This document shows, piece by piece, positions 1 through 12,520 of a stretch of DNA of 64,000 bases (position 1 is the first letter of the stretch; each line of letters opens with the position of its first letter). Under the pieces are notes generated by a model. That model had not been told where the DNA came from and did not search any database. It saw nothing but the letters and a program-made list of their open reading frames with translations. The stretch spans positions 7,936,001 through 8,000,000 of the forward strand of contig CM068752.1 in the NCBI GenBank assembly GCA_035084275.1. The letters are read 5' to 3'. Source of the stretch: Hydrolagus colliei. Its lineage: Eukaryota. Both the position numbers and the translations under genes were made by a program.

Positions 1-929
1 AACAGGGAATGTCAACCTCATACAACATTCTTGCCAACACGCCGCAACGGAGACTGCATCACAACAACGAGATTTGTTATATTTACGCGGCGAGTTTCAC
101 GTCGGGCGGACATGCTAAGGTGCTGGATAATAAGGGATTTAGATCCGAGTTGGAGGTTGGAATCAGGAGAGGTGGAGGGCAGGAGTGTGGGGTTAGGAGG
201 GTGACTGAAGGGGCGATCGAAGAGGCGAAGGAAGAGGCGAGGCGAAAGGACTTGAGTTTCAGAGGGTGGTAGGTAGAGAGGCTGGAGGGCCGACCACTGA
301 AGGTGGGGTGGGGGGCTGGGATGTGGGGAAAATATATCTGTAATAATAATAATCCTTGCATTTGAAACTTCGCCTTATCACAGGATATACTATGAAGTGG
401 ATTGACTGTGCATTTCCTGGGCGAAACGTGGCAGTCAAATGCGCATAACAATGTTGCGGACATACAGTTGTGGATTGAGTGACCGATTCTACCTTCAGTG
501 TCCGATCAGCACACAACGGTTTAAATCATTAATGCAGGTTGCTCAGTGAGTCAATGACGAGTAATGAGTGGCATTTCAGCGTAATCCATTCAATAAAGTA
601 TTGCTTGGTGGTATGACTTTGTTGAGGGATGAAGAGTGTTTGCTTAATTATTTATTTAGTTATTGATTGATTTGGACTAACACTGATGCTCGTTTGAGGT
701 CCATTTCCTGAACAAATGTGCAATGAATCAGGGTTTAGGTTTATTGTTTGTGTTAATTATCATAATGGCATTGTTATGAAAGGTCCCAGACTTTCCTTAG
801 GAACATAGGAACAGAAGGAGGCCACTCAAGCCCCATGAGCCTGTTCTGCCATTCTATTAGATCATGGCTAATCAGTACCTCCACCAAACCCCAGCCTTCA
901 TTGTGGTGGCTATGAATGACTGGGCTCAC

Positions 930-3900
930 CTCCCCCTTACACACAGTCAGTGTGGTGTCAGTCACATTCATCACAACAGGCTCCCAGTCTTGTCTCTCCA
1001 CCGTGTCCAGCAAACTACTTATCACATCATTGACCAGCTCCATTCCTGGGGAAGGCACACAGCAGAATGCAGCAAACTTTAACAACACACATACACATAC
1101 AATAAAAACAATCACACAGGCAGCAAAACATCAGGATAGAGGGTTTCACTCACCCCTGGGTTTGGAGACTGGGACATGTCCCACGTACAAGGTGTGGAAT
1201 TTCTGCACGGACTGTCTGATAGCCTCCAGAACATCAACTGCAAAAGAAGAGCAAGTGAGTGGTCCTGACATCACTTCCGTCAGCCTCACGCAAGGAAGGT
1301 CCCGTCACTCAGACGACAAAAACAAATAACATTTACACAGCCCTTTTCACGCCAGGAGGTCGGTTCCAAAGCGCTGGACAATTAGGGATTTGGACCCAAG
1401 CTGGGGTTGGGATCAGGAGGTGTGGAGGGCAGGGAGGGTTGGAGTGAGTAGGAGGAATAAAAGAAGGTTAGAGGCCCCCAGGATAGCTGCGCAAACTGAA
1501 CCCCAAATCATGTTGTGTCTTGAGGAGAGATGGGAAGTGTGGGCTGGCCCAGGGGTTGATGCTGTGGACAGTGTCTGTGGAGAGGGAATATCTGTTGGGA
1601 TGCCTGAGATTCCCAGTTTGATTTGGAGACTCTTAAATGTGGTGATGCGTTTCTGCCAGTGTCAAACACCCGGCTTTGTGGGAAAAAAAAATCCCTCCCA
1701 TCAATCATACCTTGTAAGTCCTCGGGAGAAATGTCTTCCTGGGTTCCGGGGCTCCTGGGCAACAAGGTCATCACTGCTCGCTCCGCCATGATCTGCAGGC
1801 AGTGTAACAGTGTCAGACTCGCAGTCTAACAAACAGCAACCTGCATTTACACAACGCTCCTCAGGGAGGGTAGGTCCCCAGAGTGCTTGACAGTGGCGGA
1901 GCACGATACGGAGCCGGTGGGAGGGATGGTCGAGCTGACCGTAAGCATGGTCAAATCGGGTGCTCTTCAGGGACAACCTGAAGATGGTGAAAGGAGAGGG
2001 GGAAAGGTGGAGGGATAGAGGAAGCGCGTTCCAGAATTTCGGGGCATAGAGGCTGAAAGCGTGGCCACCAATGGTGGAGTAGAGGGTATGGGTAACAGAA
2101 TCAGAGTCTCATTGCAACAGTGTCAGACTCACAGACGTTTCCAATGGACGGACTTGCCTTGGAGCACATCTGGTGCAGGGCGGTGGCGATGGCCTTTGCT
2201 GGGGTGTCGCAGTGGAAGACGTGGCACTTGAGCATGCACGTGTCCTTATCGCTCGCTACGTAGGCAAAGTCTCTGAGCAAGAGGAGAAGAAAGATTCAAG
2301 AATAATATTCACAAGTAAATGCTTCCACATGCGACATTGGTTCAATGACTCTGGGAGACATTTCTGTGGCATTTATCATTCCAACCCCACACTCATCCAC
2401 TCCCTTCACTCACTACACTATCCCCTCTCACCCCAATTCACCCCCTCACCCCCTCATCCCCAGACCCATCGACCCACCCAACTATACACCCACCCACCCA
2501 TCCATTCAATTTATCTAATAGTCCTCGCATTTGATATAACACTATTATGTCTTTGAAACATCTCAAAGTGCTTCAGAGAATATTCTGTAAAGTGAATTGA
2601 CTATATTTTGCAGGCGAAACGTGGCAGTCAATTGCACACAGCAGTGTCCCACAAGCTGTCATAAGCTGAGTGACCATTTTATTATTTTGTTAAAAAAGGG
2701 ATTATTATACCCCAAAAAATAATCCGCCAATCGACTAACAACTGGGTTCCTACTAACTGCTGGGTAAACAGAAGAGTGTGGAATAAGGAAACTTGCCCAA
2801 TGTTTCGCCCCACAATGGGAATCACACACAGACCATTTTGCTTGTGAGGCGAGTGCTCTAACCACCGAACTACAGGGCTCAACAGTGATCACAGAACCAG
2901 GTGAAGAGTAAGACAACAGATAGATCTGATTATGACAGAGCTGGAGATTGCTCTATAGTGTAAGAAGTAAAGCGGAACACTCTACCTGTCTCTGTCTCCA
3001 CGAGAGCAAGAAGGAAATGAATCCATTAATGAAGCAAAAATGTAGCAAAAAAGATTTGGCACATTGAGTAGTTAGCATGCTAACACATCAATAACAAACA
3101 GGAACCAAACAAGCATGGTTCACACAAATATCTGTTACATTGGAAATGTGCTCTGTGAATTAGGGATGAAATGTTCTGACAATCTGGCTATGGTTAAGGT
3201 GGTGTCCCACTTACTGGAAATCAAATAATGCTGGTGCTCGCTTTCCCACTGCAGCTCTCTACTCTGACCCCCATTCCTTGTTCTTTTCCCTCCAACAGGA
3301 TCCAATATTCCCCCCATCCCATACTCAACCAGTTTTCTTTTCAATGCTAAAACAAAGCACAAATTACTACAGATGCTGGGAATCTGAAACAAAAACAGAA
3401 GTTGCTTTTTGTTTCTTTTCAATGTTGTTGTGGGCTTGCCTTGGGCAGTGAGTGTTTGTGACGAGGGTGGGAGGGGGGGAATCTGTATGTCTGTGAAGAT
3501 GTCTGCTGTTCTGCCACCTCGTGTAATAAGCACGGGTAAGAGACGACGGGCGGGAGATCTGGCCTCGATCGGGTCTAACCCAGCTATAACCGAGAGAGGA
3601 CGGGGAGTGGAGGCTGGAGGCGATGTTACTGACCGGCCATTGTTACAGCCCACACCCCACACGCGGATGTTGATGATGGGCTGGGAGTGCAGGAGGCTGT
3701 GATCCACGGGGTCCAGGAGACTCAACGTGTCCTTCCTCAGGACCATCACCATTTCCTGTCCCTGAAACGAGCACATGTTCAGCCGTTACAGTGCGGGAAT
3801 TGTTCTCTCCCGCTCTTGGGAACTCTCTCCTTTGTCTCTCTCTCTCTCTGGAATTCCCTCATCTCAATCCTCCTCTCCCTGTCTTCAATACATGATTGGA

Positions 3901-6900
3901 AAGGAGATTTCTTTGATCATATCTTCAGTCAACTCCCCCCCTCCCTCATTTACATGAAGCAACTTGAGCCCCTCACCCCTGTTATGTCTGTATTTTTAAG
4001 CGCTCTGAGACTCTGTCTGATGTGGAGAGCACTATATAAATCCAAGTTGTTGTTGCTGTTGTTATGTCCATGAAGGCCTTTGAGATGTTTCTCCTCTCTG
4101 TGTGTGACGTGCTGTGTAACGCCCTCCCCACCACCCATTCTTCCTCCCCACCTCGGCACGGAGCAGGAACACAGGACAAACCTGGTGTAACACATAACGA
4201 GGCGCGCATCACTTCCAATCGGCTGTACTTTATCAAGCGCTTTGAGGTGTTTATTTCGGGTGAAGGTCCAGAGTAAACCAGGGTTTCTTACGAGGGTGTC
4301 TTTGCTACGTACCTCTCCCCAGGCGGCGCCAGTGTCCCTGCTGGAGTATTTACTGTAAGACAGCTGTTGTATACAGTTGTTCACTGCGATGCTGCTCTTC
4401 CCGGGAGTCAAGTCCTCCTCAGGTATCTCCACCCAACCCAGAGAGCGCACAGCAAAGCACTACGGGAGGAGGGCAGGCTATATCATAGACACACTTACAT
4501 ACATACACATAGTCACACACACACATGTACACAGGTAGTGAATAATACACTCACACTGACAGTAATACACACAGAGAAGCAGAGATATACACACAAATAG
4601 TCACACGCACAGATAGTAATATACACACAGATATTAATGCACACAACCAGATACACATACACAGATAATCACATACAGATATATACACATACACAGTCAC
4701 ACCTATACATATATACACACCCAGATAGTCACACCCACCTACATACACACACTCATACAGATATTAATACCCACATAGCCACACACACACATAGATATAC
4801 ATATACTGTCCACATTCACTCACACATACAGATAGTCCCACACACACTCAGTTATTTATGCACACTATATAAGCAAACAGCTAGACACACTCACACACAC
4901 ACTCTCAATGCACACACTCACACGCACACATACTCTCACACAGACTCTCATGCCCACACTCATGCACACTCTCACTCACACACACACGGCACCTTGGAGT
5001 CGGGGTCATTGCTGATGCGCAGGCTGCCGTGTTGCCAGGGTAATTGCTCTCTGTAAGACATTGGTACAATTAGCTCAAGAATAACACAATAGCCCCAATG
5101 CTGCACTAAATGACATTGTAAGCCAAAGCTGTCTCGCAGAGTAAGGCTGGGTGCAATTTCTGGCCCGAGGAGTGCTAATTGGAGCCCAGTGCCAGCCAGG
5201 CTCCAGTACTGCGTAGGTTAAAGATACTTACCCTGAAGCGATTTGGGCTGATTTAATATTAGTCTTGTAATATTTCACAGATTTGTTGAAGTCACCTTCA
5301 GCACTTTGTGTCAGATCAAATTTAAATGAAGGGCAAAGATATCCCTTGACAAAAAAAATAATAAAATTGGTCATTTCAATCCACGGCTGTTTGTGGGGAT
5401 GCTGACGTGCGCAATTGGCTGCCGTGTTTTGCCCACAAATATACAGTCAATTTACTTTGCAGTATAATTTGTCAAGCACTTTGAGATGTCTAGAAGACGT
5501 GAAAAGAGCTACACCAAATGGAAGGATTATTATTATTAAGAACCTTGTTACTGGAGTTGAACTGCTCTGAATTCGCTCAACATGGGCCTCTCAGAGCTGC
5601 TCCACCATGGGCCTCTCAGAGCTCCTCCACCATGGGCCTCTCAGAGCTGCTCCACCATGGGCCTCTCAGAGCTGCTCCACCATGGGCCTCTCACAGCTCC
5701 TCCACCATGGGCCTCTCTGTGCTGCTCCACCATGGGCCTCTCAGAGCTGCTCCACCATGGGTCACTCAGAGTGGCTCCACAAGGGGCCCCACTTCACCAG
5801 TTGCTGCTGACGATGGTTTATTTGTAAGCAGGTGAAGCTCACATTCTTACCTGAGGTCTATCGATGTAGAAGGTGGCATTGAGCTCCTGTGTTTCCCTTC
5901 TGTGCAGACATTGCTGTCCGCGGCAACTCCAGCCTAGGACACAAATGCAGAGAGTTACTCTGTTCTACTCAGTCAGCAGCTGAGATCCTAGAATAATATT
6001 AATAACAGTAATAATCATTTGATACTGCGACTTTAATGTTGACTAAATGCGGGGTGGGAAAGAGATTTTTTTTAGGAGTACGTGTGAATGACTATATCTG
6101 TGTGTCTGTGAGGAACGAGGCAAAGAGATTCGGAGAGAGACATGGAGGCCAGTGGTGTAGTGACTGATGGATAGGGGGAGAGATGTAATGTGTTGGGGTG
6201 AGGTATAGCTTCTGTAGGTTGGTGAGGGCAGTGCTGGAGAAGGTGAGCCTTGAGCTGAGGTGTGTTTGTGTATGTTTGTGTGGAGGGGGTGAGGTTTCAG
6301 CGGTAGATGGATTGCAGAACTATTACCTTAGAGTCCAGGGATGGAGACATTGCACACACCATTTTATCTGAGCCCTGGGTGTCCTCTGGGGAGCCCCCTG
6401 GGTGCTGCCATTGGGTGGTCCCGGTTGGCACGTGCCAGTAATACGTCCCACTCGTGTCTCTGATGGTCCGCCAGCCGGGGGGGAGGTGGGGGTCTGTTTC
6501 TAGGGCCTGGTCATTCCACAGGTTGTCTGATAAACAAACCAGCAACTGTTAATGGCAATGGGTCAGGAGGTGGTTAATGACATGAACAGAGCATGTTTGA
6601 CGTGATTAGACTCTTAGCCCTGACACCATTTGCCTTGCCAGTGTTAGACGGGACAGGATTTCACACTTTCCGCGAAAACAATCTGAATTGGGAGGAATTT
6701 CAGATCTCAAGTGTGGGAACCATTGACTGGACATAACAGCAATTTATCTACGACCCTAAGAACCTAAGAATTCAATACCAAGGTCCATACAGTTCACCTT
6801 CCACCATCTAGACAGTCGCTTGCATATGTCATCTCCCAAACTATAATATTGTATCCTACCATATTAATTCCCCCATACCCTACCCCCCTCACCCCTCCAC

Positions 6901-8586
6901 CTTTATTGAACTAACTTGCTTTTGAAAGAACCGACAGTTTTCTGCTTCCACTGTTTTTCTCCCAAGGGAGTCTTGTTCCACACATTTACTGCTCGTTCAC
7001 TGAAATAGTGTTTCCGCAGATTTTGTTTTGAATTTACCCCCTTCCCCCCTTCAATCGCAGGCCGTGTCCTGCACAGAGGCAGCAAATCAATGCATATGTA
7101 GCCTGAAGCAGCAGTGCATTTTCACATTGGGACAGTAATGCATTTACACACCAAGGCAGCCACGCTAATCCAGAGACGCAAATACACATCAAGGCCTCAA
7201 GGGAGCTCTTGAGGTTTTTCCAGTATGAGCATTGCTAGAGAGCACAGATTGCTAAGTAACAGCGTGAGTTCAAAGCAGCAACTTCCAGTTAATTCCCTCA
7301 CGCTGTTAGACTGATAACAATTGTTATGAATGGGACTGAGCAAGCTAGTCCCCACACACAGCCTGAGGCAGCACATGAGCTGGTTTATTCAAGGAAGCGA
7401 GAACATAAGCATGTCGCTCACACATACACACACACAGGGATTACACAGTGAACAAATACCAGGAGCTATAGCTCTCTCTCTCTCTCTCTTGTTCTCACAC
7501 ACTATCTGTGTCTCAGCTCACAGCCTGTGAGGATTGAGACAACGTCACTGGAATTAACCTTTGTCCTCGGCGCTTTGTCTCTTTCTCTGCTTTCACATTT
7601 AATACAATTACAGGAGGAGGTCACTCAGTCTGTGCTGGCGCTCGGTCCCGCACTGGAGCTCTCTACTCTAATCCCATTCCCTTGCTCTCACTATTTTACC
7701 TAGCGGCAAAAACCTTTCAGCGTTAGTCCCCGGCTCTGCAGCAGATTGCTGTTGTTGGAAGCTTATCAACAGGAAATCCCCATTAAACACTGTCCCCGAC
7801 CCCTCTCAAGCTTACAGATAAAATATCTCCCTCCCTCCATCCCTCTCTCTCCATCTTCAAAATAAGCATTATTATCCATCTTTTCGACTGCTCATTTAGA
7901 TCTTTCCTCCCCCTCATGCTTTTCATGCCCATCTGTTAAACTGCTCTGATACATCCTCCCATCATAAAAGGAGCTGTCCACATATAAATCATTGTTGCTA
8001 CATTAATACCTCTGGCACACACTTGAGTGTAATTGTGTATATAGATCGAGATATAATCTCCCAACTCGCACCCCCCACACTGTGCCACTCACTGACAGAT
8101 ATTTTTGTCCCTCTCTCCCTCTCTCTCTCTGACTGCTCTCACATCTCCGAGACAATCAAAAGAATTCCCGTCAAAACAAACATGAGTGATTGCCAGAGAG
8201 AGAGAGAGAGAGAGACACACACACACACAGCCAGACTTGCCATGATAGTCACTGTATCCTGCTGCAGTCTGGCTGGAGTAATTAACACACAGACTCGCAG
8301 TAAGATAGATAAACAACAACAGCATATCACGTTGTGAATGCGATGTGCGATGCGCCTGTACTCTGTGCTGCATTAGTGTCTAGTGCAACCAGCGATGCTC
8401 CCGCGCAAAAATGATCACATTCTGCCTCGGTCACATAGCTGTGTCTCCTAAGTGGCTGAGCGCGGTGTCAGTGAGCTGGGCAGAGAGCGAGACAGACAAG
8501 CCAAGGTTTACAGCCAAGTGATTAACAACCCTCTCACCATCGTAGTTGACAATAATAATCGCCAACATGTAGTCTTTCCCCAGCAT
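930..8586 (-). CDS. APBB3: Amyloid-beta precursor protein-binding family B member 3 (FE65L2), partial; 3' exons lie left of the window
   Basis: Exons 8586-8538, 6526-6327, 5933-5851, 5050-4993, 4459-4313, 3761-3634, [microexon 2991-2986], 2272-2158, 1792-1711, 1237-1154, 1045-930 join in frame. N-terminus [18 protein letters not shown] domain [32 protein letters not shown]1 ([33 protein letters not shown]...IRVWGVG...[19 protein letters not shown]) and the start of PTB2 match APBB3 as recalled. Confidence 0.95.
1828..2098 (-). mobile_element. L2-type LINE 3' fragment in an APBB3 intron
   Basis: Similar to the other L2 3'-end copies in the window (ccaccattggtggcc...ctctggaac...tcttcagg...agcgc..tg...aaatg tail). 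Flanked by a 15-bp direct repeat. Confidence 0.55.
2986..2991 (-). CDS. APBB3: 6-nt microexon (AGACAG) of APBB3, adding Asp-Arg in PTB1
   Basis: Minus strand reads ttcatttccttcttgctctcgtggagacag|AGACAG|gtagag. Inclusion gives G-R-D-R-D-F, the sequence recalled for mammalian APBB3, and preserves the frame. Confidence 0.8.
4488..4988. repeat. Degenerate (CA)n-rich low-complexity tract
   Basis: About 500 bp of interrupted CA/TA dinucleotides; source of the His/Thr-rich pseudo-ORFs. Confidence 0.85.
5581..5780. repeat. 25-bp minisatellite, ~8 copies (catgggcctctcagagctgctccac)
   Basis: Tandem units are directly visible; the repeat explains three overlapping repetitive ORFs. Confidence 0.9.
6900..7085 (-). 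mobile_element. CR1-type LINE 3' fragment
   Basis: Translation [16 protein letters not shown]...FKSKL resembles the C-terminus of CR1 ORF2. Confidence 0.6.
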
Positions 8587-8804
8587 GGCCTGTCCCAGAG
8601 CAGCTCCGTGCTGTTGCCATAGGATGTAGGACGTCTCTCTCTCTCTCTCTCTCTCTCTTTCTCCGCAGCCAGTCCTGAGAGCTACGACCTGCACACAGCC
8701 CTCCCGCACAGCGCTCGCTCTCAAAGTCACTCTGTCCAATGGCCTCCTCACTGCACATCAGCTGGTACCCAGCAACAGCTGCCCTCCGCATCCCTTCAAC
8801 ATCC

Positions 8805-8818
8805 GTCCCCATGGCAAC
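8805..8818. promoter_or_regulatory. Candidate RFX X-box upstream of the first coding exon of APBB3
   Basis: GTCCCCATGGCAAC is a near match to GTNRCC-N(0-3)-RGYAAC, about 220 bp upstream of the ATG. Confidence 0.35.
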
Positions 8819-11800
8819 GGCCAGCTTACCATCTTATTATGGCTCGCGTTATTTTTGGCTCTGAGAAAACTGAGAGAGAAAGAAAGGGGGAGAGAGCAAT
8901 AAGAGAGAAAGAGTGTGTGTGTAACAAAGAGAGAGCAAGAGACAGAAATAATAATACTATAAATAATCCTTGCATTTGATGCAGCGCCTGCTTACCACGT
9001 CTTCGAGATGTCTCAAAGCGCTTCACCGAATATATTGATAAATTGTGAATTGACTGTCTACTTTGTGGAGAAAGAGTGAATGCGGAACAAAGGGAGAGAG
9101 AGAGAGAGTGAGACAGAGAGAAAGCAAAATAGAGTGACAGAAAGAAAAAGCGAAGGGTGGGGAGGAGATGGTGGGTTGAGGGGGAGAAATAAATATATTA
9201 TTCTGTTTAAGAAATAACTGATTAACACTAAACAATGCCTTTTGTAACATCAATCAATGAAATCTCTGTAATGCCTTCATTTCAATCTGATAATTGGAAG
9301 ATCAGCATTAATTTATTAACCATTAATGTTGCTTCAACAGAAACAATATCTCTGCAAGTCTGCAGTGGGTCTTATACCAGGAGAGAGCAGGGAATGGGGA
9401 TTCGTGGGGGAGTGAGCACCAACAGTGACACCATGGGGAGAGAGAGAGAGAGGGAGAGAGAGTGGTGAATGGGATTAGATCCTGTGGTGCTATCCAGAAA
9501 GAGAAGGGAGTTTCTCCCTCTTCCGATGTCCGGGCCAACAATCCCCCAAATCAAATTGGTTACTCACACTACCACTGTTTGTGAATTGTTGCTGGGTGCT
9601 GTAAACTTGATGCTGTGTTTTTCCCACAGTACACACACAGGGTCACTGCGTATTCTACGCACTTTAGCGCTTTGAAACAAAATATCTCAATGACGTGATA
9701 AGGGGTTATTATATCAAACGCCAGGGTTACATTGTTGTTATTGTGATGTACAACGTTCTCTGGAGGGAAGTGTTCAGTGACCAAACAGTTTATTCAGCCG
9801 CTTTCAGTTCTCTTCACTCTCAATAACTTGGCTCTGGTTGCCCTGGGAGCCAGCTCTATCCATAGAATCCCGATCGATCCTTGGATAAAATTAGCCGAGA
9901 GGACAAAATGTTTATGATATTTATTACAGCGTTCTCCAGGAATCCAAACCTGCACACAAACAATTTTATGTAACCCTTCTCTCTATCCAATTACCCTCTA
10001 ACCCCTCATCCCCACCACCCACCTCCCTCCTCCCCACATCTTCCTCCCCTTCTCTCTTGAAGTTTCTAGGTTTGATCACGTCCCACTCCTGTTCATGGAC
10101 TCACTCATGAAGAACAGAAAAGAAAATGCACGTAATTATCACTTCATTAGTTTTCTAAAAAAAAAGAGTGACAATTATAACGGGCCAGATGTTCTGGTGG
10201 CCACGTGTTCGTAAATATTGAGCGTCAAAATCAACCGAGTGGGTATAGAGGTCGCAGTAACTTCCCATCACAGTCATTTCCTGTGTCCTCAGGCAGGTTC
10301 CCAGCTTTTCCTCTTATCGTCTGCATGCCCTAGTGCACGCCCTAGATTTGCCCGCCATCGTCTGGCTGTGGGGGGGGGTGGGGGGGGGGGTAGTCTCAAG
10401 GACGCTAACCTGCAGGTTACCAGGAAGAGTGATAGCGGCCGGGACACTGGTTAGGAGGACAGTTGAGCTGTAATTCTGGGAGAGTGAGATTGGGTGGCCG
10501 AACGATCTTCTTCACCCCCAAAACCTCTCGTGTGATCTTGTGACGGTGGGAAGGTCAGCAGCTATACCTTTGCTGTGGCTCCAGACAGAAGCGATCAATA
10601 GAAACCTGGCTCGAGACAGGACCAGCCACTGCTCACAGACAATACTCTATATTTACTGGGCACCTTTGTATATCAGTGAGAATCCACAGTCAGCCCGACT
10701 CCAACCCCAAACCATCAATTCCTCACAAGGATCTCAGCGTTTAGCGGTTTCCATCCCAGACTCTAAACCCAGACTCTACACCAATCACTCTACCAAAACT
10801 TGCATGTATACAACGTCCCTCACGCAGTATCCCCGAGCGCTTGACAGTGCGGGAACACGACGCTGAGCAATGGAGAGTGGGAGGCACGGTCAAAGAGGAA
10901 GGTCTTCAGATGCGACCTGAAGATGGGGAAGGAAGAAGCACGGCGGAGGAAGAGAGGGAAAGTGTTCCAGAGTTTCACTTTCACTGGTATATTCTGGAAG
11001 CGCTTTGAGATGATTTAACAGCGTGAATAATAATAATAATAATTCTTGCATTTGATATAATGCTTTTCAAGTCTTCTAGACGTCTCAAAGGTCTTTCACA
11101 GAATATACTGTAAAGGGAATGACTGTATATTTGTGTGAGAAACGCGGCAGCCAATTGTGCACAGCAGCATCCCCACAAACAGTCGTAGATTGAAATGACC
11201 AATTTATTAGAATAAGGCTCTGTATCAAATGCAAGTACTGTATTATTATTATTATCCTGGTTGCTCGCCTCTGGACTGGGGTGCTCATTTTGTGAGCAGA
11301 GCCAATCCCAAGGACTGTATTTACACTCGCACAAGAGCAGAGGGAATGAAACATCAGCTAAAGTAAATGCGAGATCTCGCACTCAGCAAGATCACTGCAG
11401 GCCGTGGCCAGGATTCTGAATATCGGTGAAACAACAAGTAAAAGATCCATCTTCAAAGAGAATCTGTCGGGTTTTGGTCGCCGTCTGATGTTAGTACTGT
11501 ACTGTACTTACAGTGTGTTCTTTCGCTGGGTTTAATTTACTGTAGTGCTGCCTATGGCAAAGATCAATTGGACTTTGGCCAATAGAACCATCAGGGGAGT
11601 GAGTGCACGAGGCTGAATTCCTGACACTCACATATGGTCTCGGTAACAGAGGGAGCTGATCCGAGCTGAGTGGAAGTGCGGACTCTATCATTTCTCTGCA
11701 ATGCTGGGCAGATTCCAGAGCACACACAGCACTCTTGATAGCACTCTTCTGATTGCTTTCTGATTCCCCAATCCACCGCCCGGAGCCTCCGCTCGACTGG

Positions 11801-12490
11801 CTCTGGACTCTTCTTTGTCCCTTGCAGGAGGTCATGCTTTCAGCCACTATGCCCTACTGTGGAACACTCTCACGCAATCCTTCCGCCTTGGCCCCACCCC
11901 TCTCTCCCCTTTTTCCCACCTGAAAAGCTTTCTTTTCGAGCATGCTTGCAGTTACCTCCACCCCCCCTCCCACCCCCACAACCTCACCCCGTCACGGTTA
12001 AGCGCTCTGAGATGCTACCCTGTGCGGAGGGTGCTATATGAGTTCAAGTCTTTGTTGCGATAGAAATATCATTCTGTTGTTGTTAATCCTAATCCCTGAC
12101 TGTCCAGCCTCTTGGGACATCCACCCAACCAGGAAGGCGCGGAGGGGGAAATGCAATTTGTTGTTATGGCCGTATATACAATAAAACTGCTGTGCGCAAT
12201 CGGGTGCCGCGTTTCTCCCACAACACATGCAGTCAATTCACTTTACAGTACACTCTGTGAAAACACAGTCTAGACTAGAGGACCTGAAATGGGTGTTAGC
12301 AAATGCAAAGATTATTATTATTCTATATGTATCCTCCTGGTCTATTTACCTACATATACTCCAGGTTATTCCCTTTGTATTTAGAGAAATGACCTGTGGA
12401 TTTAAATACGTTTGCTGTTGTTGTTGTTGTTGATTTAAAGAGATTCAGAGCACAGGAGAGTGAGAGCGCCCTCTGGCGGGGAGGCCTCAC

Positions 12491-12520
12491 TGCGCGTGCG
12501 CCGGTGGCTAAGATGGCGGA
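12491..12520 (+). promoter_or_regulatory. SLC35A4 proximal promoter: NRF1 site plus YY1/TISU-like start context
   Basis: TGCGCGTGCGC at 12491-12501 (reverse complement contains GCGCACGCGC) and AAGATGGCGG overlapping the uORF ATG, within a CpG-rich patch. Confidence 0.55.

Noticed and set aside
5581-5780. Regular 25-bp repeats resembling a CRISPR array or repeat protein
   Set aside because: Head-to-tail with no unique spacers, intronic, eukaryotic context, and the unit is not a multiple of 3.
11491-11847. 118-aa minus-strand ORF ending at a strong donor
   Set aside because: No recognisable homology, its start lies in an L2 fragment, and its phase does not join APBB3 exon 2; at most a leader exon.
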